A DNA stretch of 64,000 bases, taken from the NCBI GenBank assembly GCA_023271875.1, contig JALPWY010000001.1:6091-70090 (forward strand). The letters run 5' to 3'. The position numbers were made by a program, and so were the translations under genes. A model generated the notes under the pieces. It made no database searches. It saw nothing but the letters and a program-made list of their open reading frames with translations, and was not told the origin of the DNA. Origin of the DNA: Nitrospinaceae bacterium (GTDB lineage: Bacteria > Nitrospinota > Nitrospinia > Nitrospinales > VA-1). Below, piece after piece: positions 22,362 through 32,586 of the stretch; within the stretch, counting starts at the first letter, position 1, and every line of letters begins with the position of its first letter.

Positions 22362-22389
22362 TTGACTTACTTCTCATCTATGATAAAAT
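22362..22389 (+). promoter_or_regulatory. Putative sigma70 promoter for the IHF/HU gene
   Basis: TTGACT-16 bp-TAAAAT with an extended -10 TG. Confidence 0.5.
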
Positions 22390-22449
22390 CGCTGAAAAAA
22401 ATGCTATCATTTCATCATTTCATCACTTTATTTTCCGGGGGAATTGAGA

Positions 22450-22731
22450 ATGACAAAGGCAGAATTAGTCGAAAAGGTTTCCACTCAGATTAATTTGACT
22501 AAGAAACAAACTGAAGTTGTTGTAAATACTGTCTTTCAAAGCATCACGGATTCCCTTAGTAACGGAAAGAAGGTGGAACTCCGCGGTTTTGGTAGTTTTA
22601 GAATTCGTGAGAGAAATGCACGTATTGGAAGAAACCCAAAATCTGGTGTTCAGGTAGATGTGCCTGCCAAAAGGGTCCCATTTTTCAAGGCTGGGAAAGA
22701 GTTGCGAGAATTGGTAGATAAAAACACTTGA
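22450..22731 (+). CDS. ihfB: Integration host factor beta / HU-family DNA-binding protein
   Basis: MTKAELVE, VELRGFGSF, GRNPKSG, VPFFKAGKELRE; follows rpsA-sppA, as ihfB usually does. Confidence 0.85.
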   Translation: MTKAELVEKVSTQINLTKKQTEVVVNTVFQSITDSLSNGKKVELRGFGSFRIRERNARIGRNPKSGVQVDVPAKRVPFFKAGKELRELVDKNT

Positions 22732-23072
22732 TTCCCCCATAATGTAAGTGTTAATAAAGGCTAGCCCCCTCTCAAAAAATCCTCACATATCCCCCCTTTG
22801 GATCATTATTCAATATTAAGGGAGAACGTGGATCGATTTCTTCTCAGAACCTTGTTGGCGCGATGTGTCATTTAGTTGAATTATTTTTTCTATACCACCT
22901 AAAGTTTTATAGTGGTTCATCGACAACTTTAAAAAATTGTTATCGACTTCGGTCAGACTACCCCTATTTTATTTTATTTTTAACTCGTTATTATATCTAA
23001 AAGTTCTTTTCCTTTTTGCTTGTAACATTGTACAAAATAAAATTCCCCCTAATTTAAAGAAAGTAAATTGGC

Positions 23073-24143
23073 ATGTCTGGAAATTCATACGGAACTCTTT
23101 TTAAAATTTCCACATGGGGTGAATCGCACGGCGAGGGTGTTGGTGTAGTAGTTGATGGCTGTCCTGCAGGACTTTCTCTAAAAGAAGCCGACATCCAAAA
23201 GGAACTTGACCGCAGAAAGACAGGTCAAAGTAAAGTAACCACAACGCGAAAAGAAACTGACCTCATACATATTCTTTCCGGTATCTTCAAGGGCAAAACA
23301 ACAGGAACTCCCATCGCGTTGTGGGTTAAAAATCAGGATGCTGATTCTTCGAAATATGAAGAAATTAAGAATATGTTTCGACCTGGCCACGCGGACTTTA
23401 CTTATTTAATGAAATATGGGTTTCGTGATTATCGTGGTGGCGGGCGCTCCAGTGCACGTGAAACCGTAGGTCGGGTTGCCGCTGGGGCAATTGCAAAAAA
23501 GCTCCTTGCGCGCAAACGAATAAAAATAATTGGCTACACCAAACAGATTGGCCCCTACATTGCCCAGAAGATAGATTTTAAGCAAATAGAAAAAAATATC
23601 GTGCGGTGTCCGGACAAAAAAATGGCCCAAAAGATGGTTGATCACGTACTCGATGCCCGGAAAAAAGGCGACTCTGTTGGAGGGGTGGTGGAACTTATAG
23701 TAAAAGGTGTACCAGCAGGATTAGGGGAACCAGTATTTGACAGGTTGGATGCCGACCTCGCTAAAGCCATGATGAGTATTCCTGCAGTAAAAGGAATTGA
23801 AGTCGGCGTTGGTTTCGACGCTGCAACAATGTACGGTTCGGAATGTAACGACCACTATACAGCTAAAAGAAAAAGAATAACTACCAAAACGAACCACGCA
23901 GGTGGAATTCACGGCGGAATTTCTAACGGATCAGACATTATTCTTCGATTGGTCGTAAAACCAACCTCTTCTATTAACAAAACACAAAATACTGTAACAA
24001 CCGATGGGGAAAAAACTAAGATCCGAGTCGAGGGACGCCACGACCCATGTGTTTCGCCACGTGCTGTCCCCATCGCTGAAGCTATGGTAGCATTGACTTT
24101 AGTCGACCATTTGATGCGAAATCAGTTTTCCAAGCTTAAATAA
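23073..24143 (+). CDS. aroC: Chorismate synthase
   Basis: GESHG, RPGHAD, RGGGRSSARET, GGISNG, GRHDPC. Confidence 0.97.
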   Translation: MSGNSYGTLFKISTWGESHGEGVGVVVDGCPAGLSLKEADIQKELDRRKTGQSKVTTTRKETDLIHILSGIFKGKTTGTPIALWVKNQDADSSKYEEIKNMFRPGHADFTYLMKYGFRDYRGGGRSSARETVGRVAAGAIAKKLLARKRIKIIGYTKQIGPYIAQKIDFKQIEKNIVRCPDKKMAQKMVDHVLDARKKGDSVGGVVELIVKGVPAGLGEPVFDRLDADLAKAMMSIPAVKGIEVGVGFDAATMYGSECNDHYTAKRKRITTKTNHAGGIHGGISNGSDIILRLVVKPTSSINKTQNTVTTDGEKTKIRVEGRHDPCVSPRAVPIAEAMVALTLVDHLMRNQFSKLK

Positions 24144-24207
24144 TTCTTTTTCCTGAAAATAAACCAAGACAGCCTAACCTTTTCCAATAAGAAAGAGTAT
24201 TTGTGTA

Positions 24208-24999
24208 ATGCGAGTTGGCTTTATACAGAATAACCCTGTATTCGGCGAAATTGGATACAACTTATCAAAAATTGAACCTTCACTATCTCAATATACTGTT
24301 GATTTAATGGTCTTGCCGGAACTATTCAGTACTGGCTACCATTTCCTGAATCAAAAAGAAGCATTGAGGTTCAGCGAACCTATCCCCGAAGGACAGACAA
24401 CTCAAACACTTATCCGTATTTGTAACAAAAATCACACTTCAATTATTGCAGGAATAGCAGAACAAGATGAAAACCGATCCTATAATTCAGCAGTGGTAAT
24501 TGGGCCAAATGGCTACCTAGGAAAATACAGAAAAATTCACCTTTTTGGCACCGAAAAAAATTGCTTCGACCCAGGTAACTCACCTTTAAAAGTTTTTGAT
24601 ATAGGCTCAGCTCGCGTTGGTGTTATGATTTGTTTTGACTGGCGTTTCCCAGAAACCGCCCGCACCCTTGCTTTAAGTGGAGCCGACCTAATTGCGCATC
24701 CATCAAACCTCGTTCTTCCAAACTGCCCCCAAGCAATAATTACCCGTTGTTTGGAAAACCGTATTTTTATAGTTACTGCCAATAGGGTCGGCACCGAGAA
24801 ACGCACCCCAAGCAATTCACTTAATTTTATCGGGCAAAGCCAAGTAGTTGACCCTGATGGTGATATTCTTTACAGAGCATCTGAAACAAAAGAAGAAATA
24901 AAAATTATTGAGATTGACATTGGAAAATCGCGTAACAAATCTATTAATTCTGGAGATAATTTATTCACAGATCGGCGCCCCGATCTTTACAGGCTTTAA
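24208..24999 (+). CDS. Carbon-nitrogen hydrolase (nitrilase superfamily)
   Basis: E-K-C triad in LPELF, YRKIHL and ICFDWRFPE. Confidence 0.9.
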   Translation: MRVGFIQNNPVFGEIGYNLSKIEPSLSQYTVDLMVLPELFSTGYHFLNQKEALRFSEPIPEGQTTQTLIRICNKNHTSIIAGIAEQDENRSYNSAVVIGPNGYLGKYRKIHLFGTEKNCFDPGNSPLKVFDIGSARVGVMICFDWRFPETARTLALSGADLIAHPSNLVLPNCPQAIITRCLENRIFIVTANRVGTEKRTPSNSLNFIGQSQVVDPDGDILYRASETKEEIKIIEIDIGKSRNKSINSGDNLFTDRRPDLYRL

Positions 25000-25059
25000 T
25001 AAATTCTGTTATTCTAAATAATAAATAAACTCAACAAAGAATAGAGGCCCTCTATACTT

Positions 25060-25485
25060 ATGGAAAAAGAAAAGTCTAGATTTTTAAAAAATGCGGACGG
25101 AACTATATATGACTCTCAAACTAGCCTTACATGGATGACAAATGATTCTAGAATAGACCTCAAAAAAGATGTTTCTTGGGATGAAACAGAAGGATACATC
25201 AAAGAAATGAATGGGAAATCATTTGGAGGACACAGTGATTGGAGGATACCTTCAGGACAAGAAGCTCTATCACTTTTCGACAAAAATAAGCTTAATAAAG
25301 ATTTTAAAGGAGGAGACATCCACTTAGATTCTGTTTTTTCGCCTGGGGCAGGAAATACCACATGGACTTCTGAAACGAGGGGTCGTGAAGCTCAAATTAT
25401 TTTTTATATCAATGGACTCCCTTATTGGTACGAAAAAGATGACAAAACTCTTTCTCACTCTGTTCGACTTATACGGCGTGACTAA
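25060..25485 (+). CDS. DUF1566 (Lcl C-terminal) domain protein
   Basis: DGTIYDSQTSLTW...GGHSDWRIPS..EALSL...VRLIR. Confidence 0.82.
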   Translation: MEKEKSRFLKNADGTIYDSQTSLTWMTNDSRIDLKKDVSWDETEGYIKEMNGKSFGGHSDWRIPSGQEALSLFDKNKLNKDFKGGDIHLDSVFSPGAGNTTWTSETRGREAQIIFYINGLPYWYEKDDKTLSHSVRLIRRD

Positions 25486-26036
25486 GGATTCTCTATGAGT
25501 TTCGGATTATCCAACAAAAGACCAAATGCCTTTACCTTTTTTTGCTGCATCGTGAGTTGACGGTAAGCTGCTTGAAATTTTTGGGTGTCTAGTGAAGTAT
25601 CCATGAGTTTCGTGAGTTGGTCTTTAGTGACGGGCCGAAAAGAGCTCTCTGCAAATAGCGACGTACCTACTCCTATCCAGTTGGAAGAAAAAAAACCTTG
25701 GTGCACTAATGAGCTAACTCCGCCTGAATATTCTATAGCCATTCGAAGTATATGGCGGCCAATATAAGCGGGAACACAACTACCGATAGCCACGATCTTT
25801 GATGGGTTTTTTGTTGGGTAGACCCATAAGGTTACTCGTGTATTTCCCATTGCAGAAAATTCATTGCGTATTTGCCGTAAGCTTTTTTCATATTGCTTGG
25901 ACATCCAAGCCTCAACCTTAACAGACTTTTCCTCTACAGGAGAACAATCTGGGTTCATGGCTGTGCTAGTTGAGACCCATAAAAACAGAGCAAAAAAAAC
26001 GGACACAAAAAATATTAGAAGCCAACGACTAACCAT
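25482..26036 (-). CDS. Secreted hypothetical protein (paralogue of 26072-26641)
   Basis: Signal peptide; colinear similarity to the neighbour (MGNTR, G.CVPAYI.RH, YxGGV.SLV, WIG.GT, FGL). Confidence 0.8.
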   Translation of the reverse strand: MVSRWLLIFFVSVFFALFLWVSTSTAMNPDCSPVEEKSVKVEAWMSKQYEKSLRQIRNEFSAMGNTRVTLWVYPTKNPSKIVAIGSCVPAYIGRHILRMAIEYSGGVSSLVHQGFFSSNWIGVGTSLFAESSFRPVTKDQLTKLMDTSLDTQKFQAAYRQLTMQQKKVKAFGLLLDNPKLIENP

Positions 26037-26071
26037 AATGCCAGAAAGATTATTTTAGGAAACACTCTTTG

Positions 26072-26641
26072 TTAAGGATTCAAGAGAGTATTATTTGTGT
26101 TACCAGGAATTTTTGCGTTAGGAACCTTAAGTCCAAAAAAAGGGACAAGTTCATTTTGTTTTGAAAGTTTTTGGTAAAGTGTATGAAATTCTTTATCATC
26201 AAGATCTGGATTGAGCAATTGATTTACCTGAGCGGTTGTTACCTTCCGCTGAGAAGGCTCATCAAACATAGTAGTGCCTATTCCTATCCAGTGGCTATGA
26301 ATAAAATTCTGAGTCACTAAACTCCCCACTCCACCAGTGTATTTTATCGCTGTTGTCAAAACATGCCGAGCAATATATGCAGGTACGCAACGACCCACTG
26401 CAACAACATCCGAACTTTTTCCCATAGGGAAAGCCCTAAGCGCTGTACGCGTGTTCCCCATTTCAGTAAACTCTTTAGCTATTTTTCTTCTCTCTTTCCG
26501 GAATTTCTTCGAAATATAGCCTTCCACTTTAATTTTTTTCTTTTCAACTATTTGGCATGGAGTTTCCGCCTGAGTAGCCATCGGCTTAAGAACAAACAAA
26601 AACACGCCCAAAACCACGTAAATTATTAGACTTTTAAACAT
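26072..26641 (-). CDS. Secreted hypothetical protein (paralogue of 25482-26036)
   Basis: Signal peptide ending AQA-like (TQA); same conserved blocks as the neighbour. Confidence 0.8.
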   Translation of the reverse strand: MFKSLIIYVVLGVFLFVLKPMATQAETPCQIVEKKKIKVEGYISKKFRKERRKIAKEFTEMGNTRTALRAFPMGKSSDVVAVGRCVPAYIARHVLTTAIKYTGGVGSLVTQNFIHSHWIGIGTTMFDEPSQRKVTTAQVNQLLNPDLDDKEFHTLYQKLSKQNELVPFFGLKVPNAKIPGNTNNTLLNP

Positions 26642-26787
26642 GCCAATTCCTTGGGAAAACTAACAAAAACGAACAATCAAAGTTGATTTTTCTAAAAAAT
26701 CATACAATTGACTACTAAATCTAAAGCAAATACACTATTGGGGTATCAACCAGAAATAAATAATATTCTGGGTGTGTGTTTATAATT

Positions 26788-27027
26788 TTATTCTTTTATA
26801 GAGGAATATTCATCAGCGCATTTTTTACTGCAAAAGAAATATTCCTTGCCCTGCACTGATTTAGTAATAGACTGTTTTTTAGGCACATATGTGCCACAAT
26901 TAGGATCCTGAGCCATGTCAGCGGTCTCTGTTGGATCGTCCCGGCTAGGGCTCGCCCCACCGAACAACGATCGGTATAACATTATGAATCCGGCTACAAG
27001 CGCTAGTATAATGATTAGTCTAGCCAT
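26788..27027 (-). CDS. YHS/TRASH domain membrane-anchored protein
   Basis: TM helix, then QDPNCGTYV...YFFCSKKCADEY. Confidence 0.85.
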   Translation of the reverse strand: MARLIIILALVAGFIMLYRSLFGGASPSRDDPTETADMAQDPNCGTYVPKKQSITKSVQGKEYFFCSKKCADEYSSIKE

Positions 27028-27113
27028 TAGTTCATTCTAAATTTGAACAATATATAATTCAAGAACTATATAAGGTTAGGTTTTTAAAAAATCACAAGTT
27101 TTTTATTTTAATT

Positions 27114-28097
27114 ATGAATGACAATTCGACAGAGAAAGATACTTCTAAAATAGAAGTAGAAATAGTTGACCCCGATGAGATAAAACCGCTTGAGCCAAAG
27201 GAGCTCGACCAAGAACCCTCATCCTTACTACCAGCGGTAACTCAAGATGCTAGTATTGCCCGAATTGACCCTCTGACGGCATATCTTAATGAAATTCGGC
27301 AGTATGAAAATTTAACCGAAAAAGAAGAGCATGAATTGGCAATTCAACTGCGGGAAACAAGTGATTCTAATGCCGCTTATAGGCTCACTACCTCACACCT
27401 TATGCTCGTAGTTCGTATTGCAATGACCTTTCGTAGGCAGTGGCAAAACATGATGGATCTTATCCAAGAAGGTAATGTCGGCCTTTTAAAAGCAGTGAAG
27501 AATTTTGACCCTTTTCGCGGTGTGCGGTTATCTTCTTATGCTACTTGGTGGATTAGGTCTTATATTCTTAAATATATGCTGGATAATTGGCGGCTTGTGC
27601 GTGTTGGCACAACTAACGCACGGCGAAAATTGCTCTACAATTTACGCAAAGAAAAGGAAAAACTTGAAAGCCAAGGCTTCACACCCACACCAAAACTTTT
27701 GGCTGAGCACTTTGGTGTTAATGAATCTGATATAATCGATGTCCAAGCCAGCTTAGGAGCTGCAGACGTTTCGGTTGACACCCCTATGCGCGAGGGTGAT
27801 GAATCCACACCCGCAATGTTTCTCTCTGACAATACCACCGCATCACCAGAAGAAAATGCTGAACGGAATCAATTCCTCCGATCCCTTAAACAAGAAATTG
27901 ATGGCTTTAGAAAAGGACTCAAACCTGTCGAACAAAAAATTTTATCGGAACGCATTCTTAGCGAAACCCCGCGCTCCCTTCAAGAAATCGCTGATGATCA
28001 GAACATAACTCGCGAAGCCATTCGTCAAACAGAGCAGCGTATTTTAAAAAAATTTAAAACCTACGTTTCTAAAAATATGCCTGATTTTTCCACATAA
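27114..28097 (+). CDS. rpoH: RNA polymerase sigma factor, RpoH (sigma-32) family
   Basis: DLIQEGNVGLLKAV, SYATWWIR, RpoH-box-like RRKLLYNLRK, region 4 SLQEIA..ITREAIRQ. Confidence 0.85.
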   Translation: MNDNSTEKDTSKIEVEIVDPDEIKPLEPKELDQEPSSLLPAVTQDASIARIDPLTAYLNEIRQYENLTEKEEHELAIQLRETSDSNAAYRLTTSHLMLVVRIAMTFRRQWQNMMDLIQEGNVGLLKAVKNFDPFRGVRLSSYATWWIRSYILKYMLDNWRLVRVGTTNARRKLLYNLRKEKEKLESQGFTPTPKLLAEHFGVNESDIIDVQASLGAADVSVDTPMREGDESTPAMFLSDNTTASPEENAERNQFLRSLKQEIDGFRKGLKPVEQKILSERILSETPRSLQEIADDQNITREAIRQTEQRILKKFKTYVSKNMPDFST

Positions 28098-28285
28098 ATC
28101 GATCTAACGATATAAAGAGTACCCCTTAACAACTGCTTTCGCAGTACGACCTGCATCAATAAGTTAAGATTATTTTTTTCTAAAAGCCACACCTCTCAGG
28201 ACTTTATGATAAAATCCATTTAATCATTCCAGGCGAAATATTTCATAGAAAATACAAACTAGTTTACATTTTTTAGGAGGACTCT

Positions 28286-29674
28286 TTGATGATGCGGATC
28301 GAAACTGACAGCATGGGTAAAATTGAAGTTCCTTCGGACCGCTATTATGGAGCCCAAACCGCTAGGTCGCTCATCCACTTTGACATAGGAACGGAAACCA
28401 TGCCTCGAGAAATTATACGCGGCATGGGCATTCTAAAAAAAGCTTCAGCACTTGTTAATTCAGAATTAGGCCTTTTACCAAAAGATAAAAAAGATCTTAT
28501 CATCCAATCCGCTAATGAAGTGATCGCTGGAACTCTGGATGATCATTTCCCTCTCCGCGTGTGGCAAACAGGAAGTGGGACTCAATCTAACATGAATACT
28601 AATGAGGTCATCGCTAATCGAGCTATCGAGATTGCAGGAGGGCAGCTGGGATCAAAGGATCCTATCCACCCAAATGATCATGTCAATATGGGACAATCTT
28701 CTAATGATACGTTTCCCACCGCCATGCATATTGCCGCAGTCGAAAGAATTTACGATCACCTACTGCCGGAACTTACGCGACTGCATGACTCAATTAAAAA
28801 AAAATGTTCCGAATTTCAAGGCATTATTAAAATTGGGCGAACTCATTTAATGGACGCAACGCCTCTTACTCTTGAGCAAGAATTCAGTGGATATGTGCAA
28901 CAATTAATTAATGGGATCGAAAGAGTAAAGAGTTGCCTTCCTAGACTCAGTCAAATAGCACTTGGTGGTACAGCGGTAGGAACCGGGCTCAACTCACACC
29001 GTGATTTTGCGGTGAACGTAGCAGAAAAAATCAGTTCGCTCACAAAACGAGATTTCATAACAGCCCCCAATAAGTTTGAATCGCTCGCATCACATGATGC
29101 TGTGGTCGAGGCTAGTGGAGTTATGAAAACACTTGCCTGCTCTCTCATGAAAATCGCTAACGATATAAGGTGGCTTGGATCTGGACCTCGATGCAGCATA
29201 GGCGAGTTAACCCTACCAGCGAACGAACCGGGAAGTTCAATTATGCCAGGCAAGGTTAACCCTACGCAATCTGAAGCAATGACGATGGTTGCAGCTCAGG
29301 TAATTGGTAATGACACTGCAATCGCTGTTGGCGGTTCTTCAGGTAATTTTGAACTTAATGTATTTAAACCAGTTATGATTTACAATTTACTTCAATCTAT
29401 TCAACTCCTCGGCGACTCATGTCGTTCTTTTAATGAACATTGCATTTCAGGAATCAAACCTAACAAATCTCAGATTGACGCCCACTTAAAAAACTCTCTC
29501 ATGCTCGTAACGGCACTCAATCCTCATATTGGATATGATAATGCTGCTAAAGTCGCTAAAAAAGCGTACGAAGAAACCACCACTCTGAAAGAAGCGGCTG
29601 TTTCCCTTAAGTTACTTACTGCTGAGGAGTTTGACGATAAGGTTCGTCCTGAAGAGATGACGGGCCCTAAATAG
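28286..29674 (+). CDS. fumC: Class II fumarate hydratase
   Basis: [35 protein letters not shown] signature. Confidence 0.97.
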   Translation: MMMRIETDSMGKIEVPSDRYYGAQTARSLIHFDIGTETMPREIIRGMGILKKASALVNSELGLLPKDKKDLIIQSANEVIAGTLDDHFPLRVWQTGSGTQSNMNTNEVIANRAIEIAGGQLGSKDPIHPNDHVNMGQSSNDTFPTAMHIAAVERIYDHLLPELTRLHDSIKKKCSEFQGIIKIGRTHLMDATPLTLEQEFSGYVQQLINGIERVKSCLPRLSQIALGGTAVGTGLNSHRDFAVNVAEKISSLTKRDFITAPNKFESLASHDAVVEASGVMKTLACSLMKIANDIRWLGSGPRCSIGELTLPANEPGSSIMPGKVNPTQSEAMTMVAAQVIGNDTAIAVGGSSGNFELNVFKPVMIYNLLQSIQLLGDSCRSFNEHCISGIKPNKSQIDAHLKNSLMLVTALNPHIGYDNAAKVAKKAYEETTTLKEAAVSLKLLTAEEFDDKVRPEEMTGPK

Positions 29675-29707
29675 CCATCCAAAATTCGGAGCTCAACTAA
29701 CTTACGA

Positions 29708-30724
29708 TCAACCTTCCGCGTATGAAAACATTTTTTCTACGCAACTTAGAGCATTCTTTTGAACCTTAGAATCAAGTTCAATGACATTATAGGAAGTTGG
29801 TTTTTCAAGTGCATTAAGAATATTCTCTAAAGAATTAGCCTTCATGTATCGGCAGGTAGTGCAGGTGCCTACAAATTGCTTGTCTGGAAATTCTGATTCC
29901 AAAATTCCCGTCAATCCACATTCTGTTAGTATAAAAAAAGTTTTTCGGTCAGATTCACGCACATAACTTAGCATACCACTAGTTGATCCTACGTAGTCAG
30001 CCTTGTCTACCACATCAGGTCTACATTCTGGATGTGCCAAAATTTCTACCCCCGAGAAATTCTTCCTCACTTGGTCAACGCTTTCTGGTTGGTACTCTTC
30101 GTGGACATAGCAGGTTCCGTCATACAACTCAATGTCTTTTCGCACTCCATTTTTCTTTAAATATTTTTTTATATTTTCGCCCATCAACCGATCTGGTAAA
30201 AAATAAATCTGATCATTTTCAATCCGCTCTATTACCTTATATACATTGGATGAGGTAACGCATGTATCACATAGTGCTTTTACTTCAGCCGTAGTATTTA
30301 TATAACAAACAAATGTGTGGTGCGGAAATTTTGCACGCAAATTTTTAACATCTTCAGCAGTGATTCCATCTGCTAAAGTACAACCTCCATCAGGATTTGG
30401 GTCTAGCACTACCTTGTCTGGATTTAGAATTTTAGCTGTCTCCGCCATGAAACGAACCGATGCAAAAACAATCACTTCGGCATTTGACTCCCGTGCCTTT
30501 TTAGCTAAACCGTACGAATCACCCATATGATCCGCTACACCGTACAGGATTTGGGGTGCAACATAATTGTGCGCCAAAATGATGGCATTTTTCTCCTGTT
30601 TGAGTGTCTCGATGCGTTGAATTATCGTTAAGAGCTCCTCACAACTCTGTTCAGTAAATCGACAAAACGGATTCCCCACTTGAATATCTTTAAGCTTGGC
30701 GTAAAGTTGTTGAGAGGTAATCAT
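29708..30724 (-). CDS. nadA: Quinolinate synthase
   Basis: ILAHNY, GDSYGLA, FMAETAKILNP, GCTLA, YINT, CYVH, AHPEC, CRYMK. Start set at ATG 30724 to avoid overlapping the HIT gene. Confidence 0.95.
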   Translation of the reverse strand: MITSQQLYAKLKDIQVGNPFCRFTEQSCEELLTIIQRIETLKQEKNAIILAHNYVAPQILYGVADHMGDSYGLAKKARESNAEVIVFASVRFMAETAKILNPDKVVLDPNPDGGCTLADGITAEDVKNLRAKFPHHTFVCYINTTAEVKALCDTCVTSSNVYKVIERIENDQIYFLPDRLMGENIKKYLKKNGVRKDIELYDGTCYVHEEYQPESVDQVRKNFSGVEILAHPECRPDVVDKADYVGSTSGMLSYVRESDRKTFFILTECGLTGILESEFPDKQFVGTCTTCRYMKANSLENILNALEKPTSYNVIELDSKVQKNALSCVEKMFSYAEG

Positions 30725-30729
30725 TGGGA

Positions 30730-31074
30730 TTAACCTGGCGGCCACTTTAAAGAGCGCCCACCCAAAAGGTGATAATGAATATGAAAAACCGACTGTCCGG
30801 CTTCCACTCCACAATTAACTACTATTCGGAATCCAGTCGTATCTAATCCCTTTTGCTTTGCGAGCTCGTTAGCCACAGAATAAATTGAGCCTATGAGCGC
30901 GTGATCATCTTCTTTGATTTCTAATATAGTGGAGAAATGTTTTTTAGGGATAATTAGAAAATGGATTGGAGCCTGCGGATTAATATCCTTAATGGCAAAA
31001 ATGTTACCATCATCATAAACTTTTTCTGCAGGGAGATCCCCCTTATCAATCATGCAAAACAAACATTCACTCAT
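30730..31074 (-). CDS. Histidine triad (HIT/Hint) nucleotide-binding protein
   Basis: CLFC, DINPQAPIHFLIIPKKH, GQSVFHIHYHLLGGR..WPPG. Confidence 0.93.
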   Translation of the reverse strand: MSECLFCMIDKGDLPAEKVYDDGNIFAIKDINPQAPIHFLIIPKKHFSTILEIKEDDHALIGSIYSVANELAKQKGLDTTGFRIVVNCGVEAGQSVFHIHYHLLGGRSLKWPPG

Positions 31075-31111
31075 AATTCAATTTTTTTCACTTTGAAAAA
31101 TTTTTCGTTAG

Positions 31112-32584
31112 CTAGTAGGTTCCTTTATAGGGAGTTGATTCTTGGCCTCCGTGTTTCTCCATATTTTGAAGGTAGTTTCGTATTTCCTCTTTGTAGGAAA
31201 TAAAAGGATCAAGCATTAAAAATGGTGCTTCATTCCTGCCAAACCGAAATCCTATCCAATCTATAAGATATAAAGACTCACTATTCACATCTACAAGAGT
31301 CTTGACTAACTCGCCTCTCCCATCAGCACGCGTACCCCTTGGAGGAATAGTCTTTGCATACTCTATAGCACCATCGTTTGTTTTTCTTACAGCTTCTCCT
31401 GTGCCTTCCAGACTCCAGTAAAGGCCACTGTTCTTATTAATATTATGATATTCCAAGTCAAGACTCTTCAGCCATGGATCATGCCAATCTAAGTTTTCTT
31501 CTTTCCTAAATTCGGAGAGCATCCAATATTTTGTCGCCCAATCAACACGGCCTATTAACGCTTCAGGTCCTTTAGACAAATCATTCAACACCGAATCCCA
31601 CTCATGTATAATCCAGTCCGTCTCACGATTCATTCCAGCTAGGTGCTTCCTCGCAGTTTGCATCATATCTATTTGTAACTCGAGTGCCGTTGTGTGGCGT
31701 CCATTTCTTAAAACTAATTCCCATTTAAATTCTTGATCTCGTGATATCGCCCGCATGGTCTCCACTGATTCGGCCAGTATCCAGTCAGGATTGGCAATAT
31801 CCTGCTCCATGAGCTCAAGCATAAGAGTGGTGGTTCCCATTTTCATAGCGGTTGCAAACTCGCTCATATTTGAGTCACCAACTAATAAATGGATCCTTCG
31901 GTACTTACTGGGGTCTGCCAGCGGTTCATCGCGAGTGTTGACTATAGAGCGGTTATACTGAACCCATCGGTAGAACTCATTTGGGATATGATCTGCCCTT
32001 TGAGAAATCTGAAAATCAACATTAGCTTCTGCTTCCTCGACAAAGTTGCCCTCCCAGTCGCGAAAAGGATGAGGGTTACACGCGCCAATTCTCCCTGCGC
32101 CGCAATAAATTTGTCGGGTAACTAAAAATGCTGACAGCAATTTCAGGTTTTCGCGTTCATCAAAGGGAAACCCTCGGCCAACCAAATAATTCTCATGACA
32201 ACCAAACGTCGCGTTAGTTTCAAGATCGACATTGTTTTTAATAATGCCTATTGAGTCTCTCCAACCGAGCTCTTCCACCGCATCTTGAATCAGTGTATCC
32301 CCCGCGCGATCATAGGTAACGAGATCGGTCAGAGTAAAGCATTCTGGCGAAGCGTATTCCAAGTGACCCATATCTAGATATATACGCCCGGCATTTAATA
32401 AGAAACCGCCGTTTTCAGGTGGTTCATCGTTGGCTCGGTAGTGCTGATCGAGAACCCCAAGTCTTGATGTTTTAAAGATGTGGTCTTTGATTCTAATTGC
32501 CGCTTCCACCGGATCAAGCTTAAATTCATTATCTTTGATCAGTAGGCCATATTCAGTTTCGATACCATAGATTCGATTTCTCAC
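31112..32584 (-). CDS. pafA: Pup/UBact-protein ligase (PafA family)
   Basis: RIYGIETEYG, GGFLLNAGRIYLDMGHLEYASPEC, GCHENYL, NTRDEPLAD, LDLEYH; last gene of the arc-dop-modifier-prcBA order. Confidence 0.88.
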   Translation of the reverse strand: MRNRIYGIETEYGLLIKDNEFKLDPVEAAIRIKDHIFKTSRLGVLDQHYRANDEPPENGGFLLNAGRIYLDMGHLEYASPECFTLTDLVTYDRAGDTLIQDAVEELGWRDSIGIIKNNVDLETNATFGCHENYLVGRGFPFDERENLKLLSAFLVTRQIYCGAGRIGACNPHPFRDWEGNFVEEAEANVDFQISQRADHIPNEFYRWVQYNRSIVNTRDEPLADPSKYRRIHLLVGDSNMSEFATAMKMGTTTLMLELMEQDIANPDWILAESVETMRAISRDQEFKWELVLRNGRHTTALELQIDMMQTARKHLAGMNRETDWIIHEWDSVLNDLSKGPEALIGRVDWATKYWMLSEFRKEENLDWHDPWLKSLDLEYHNINKNSGLYWSLEGTGEAVRKTNDGAIEYAKTIPPRGTRADGRGELVKTLVDVNSESLYLIDWIGFRFGRNEAPFLMLDPFISYKEEIRNYLQNMEKHGGQESTPYKGTY

Positions 32585-32586
32585 AA

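Noticed and set aside
30725..30814. Long nadA start overlapping the HIT gene
   Set aside because: It would overlap HIT by 85 bp; ATG 30724 is more plausible.
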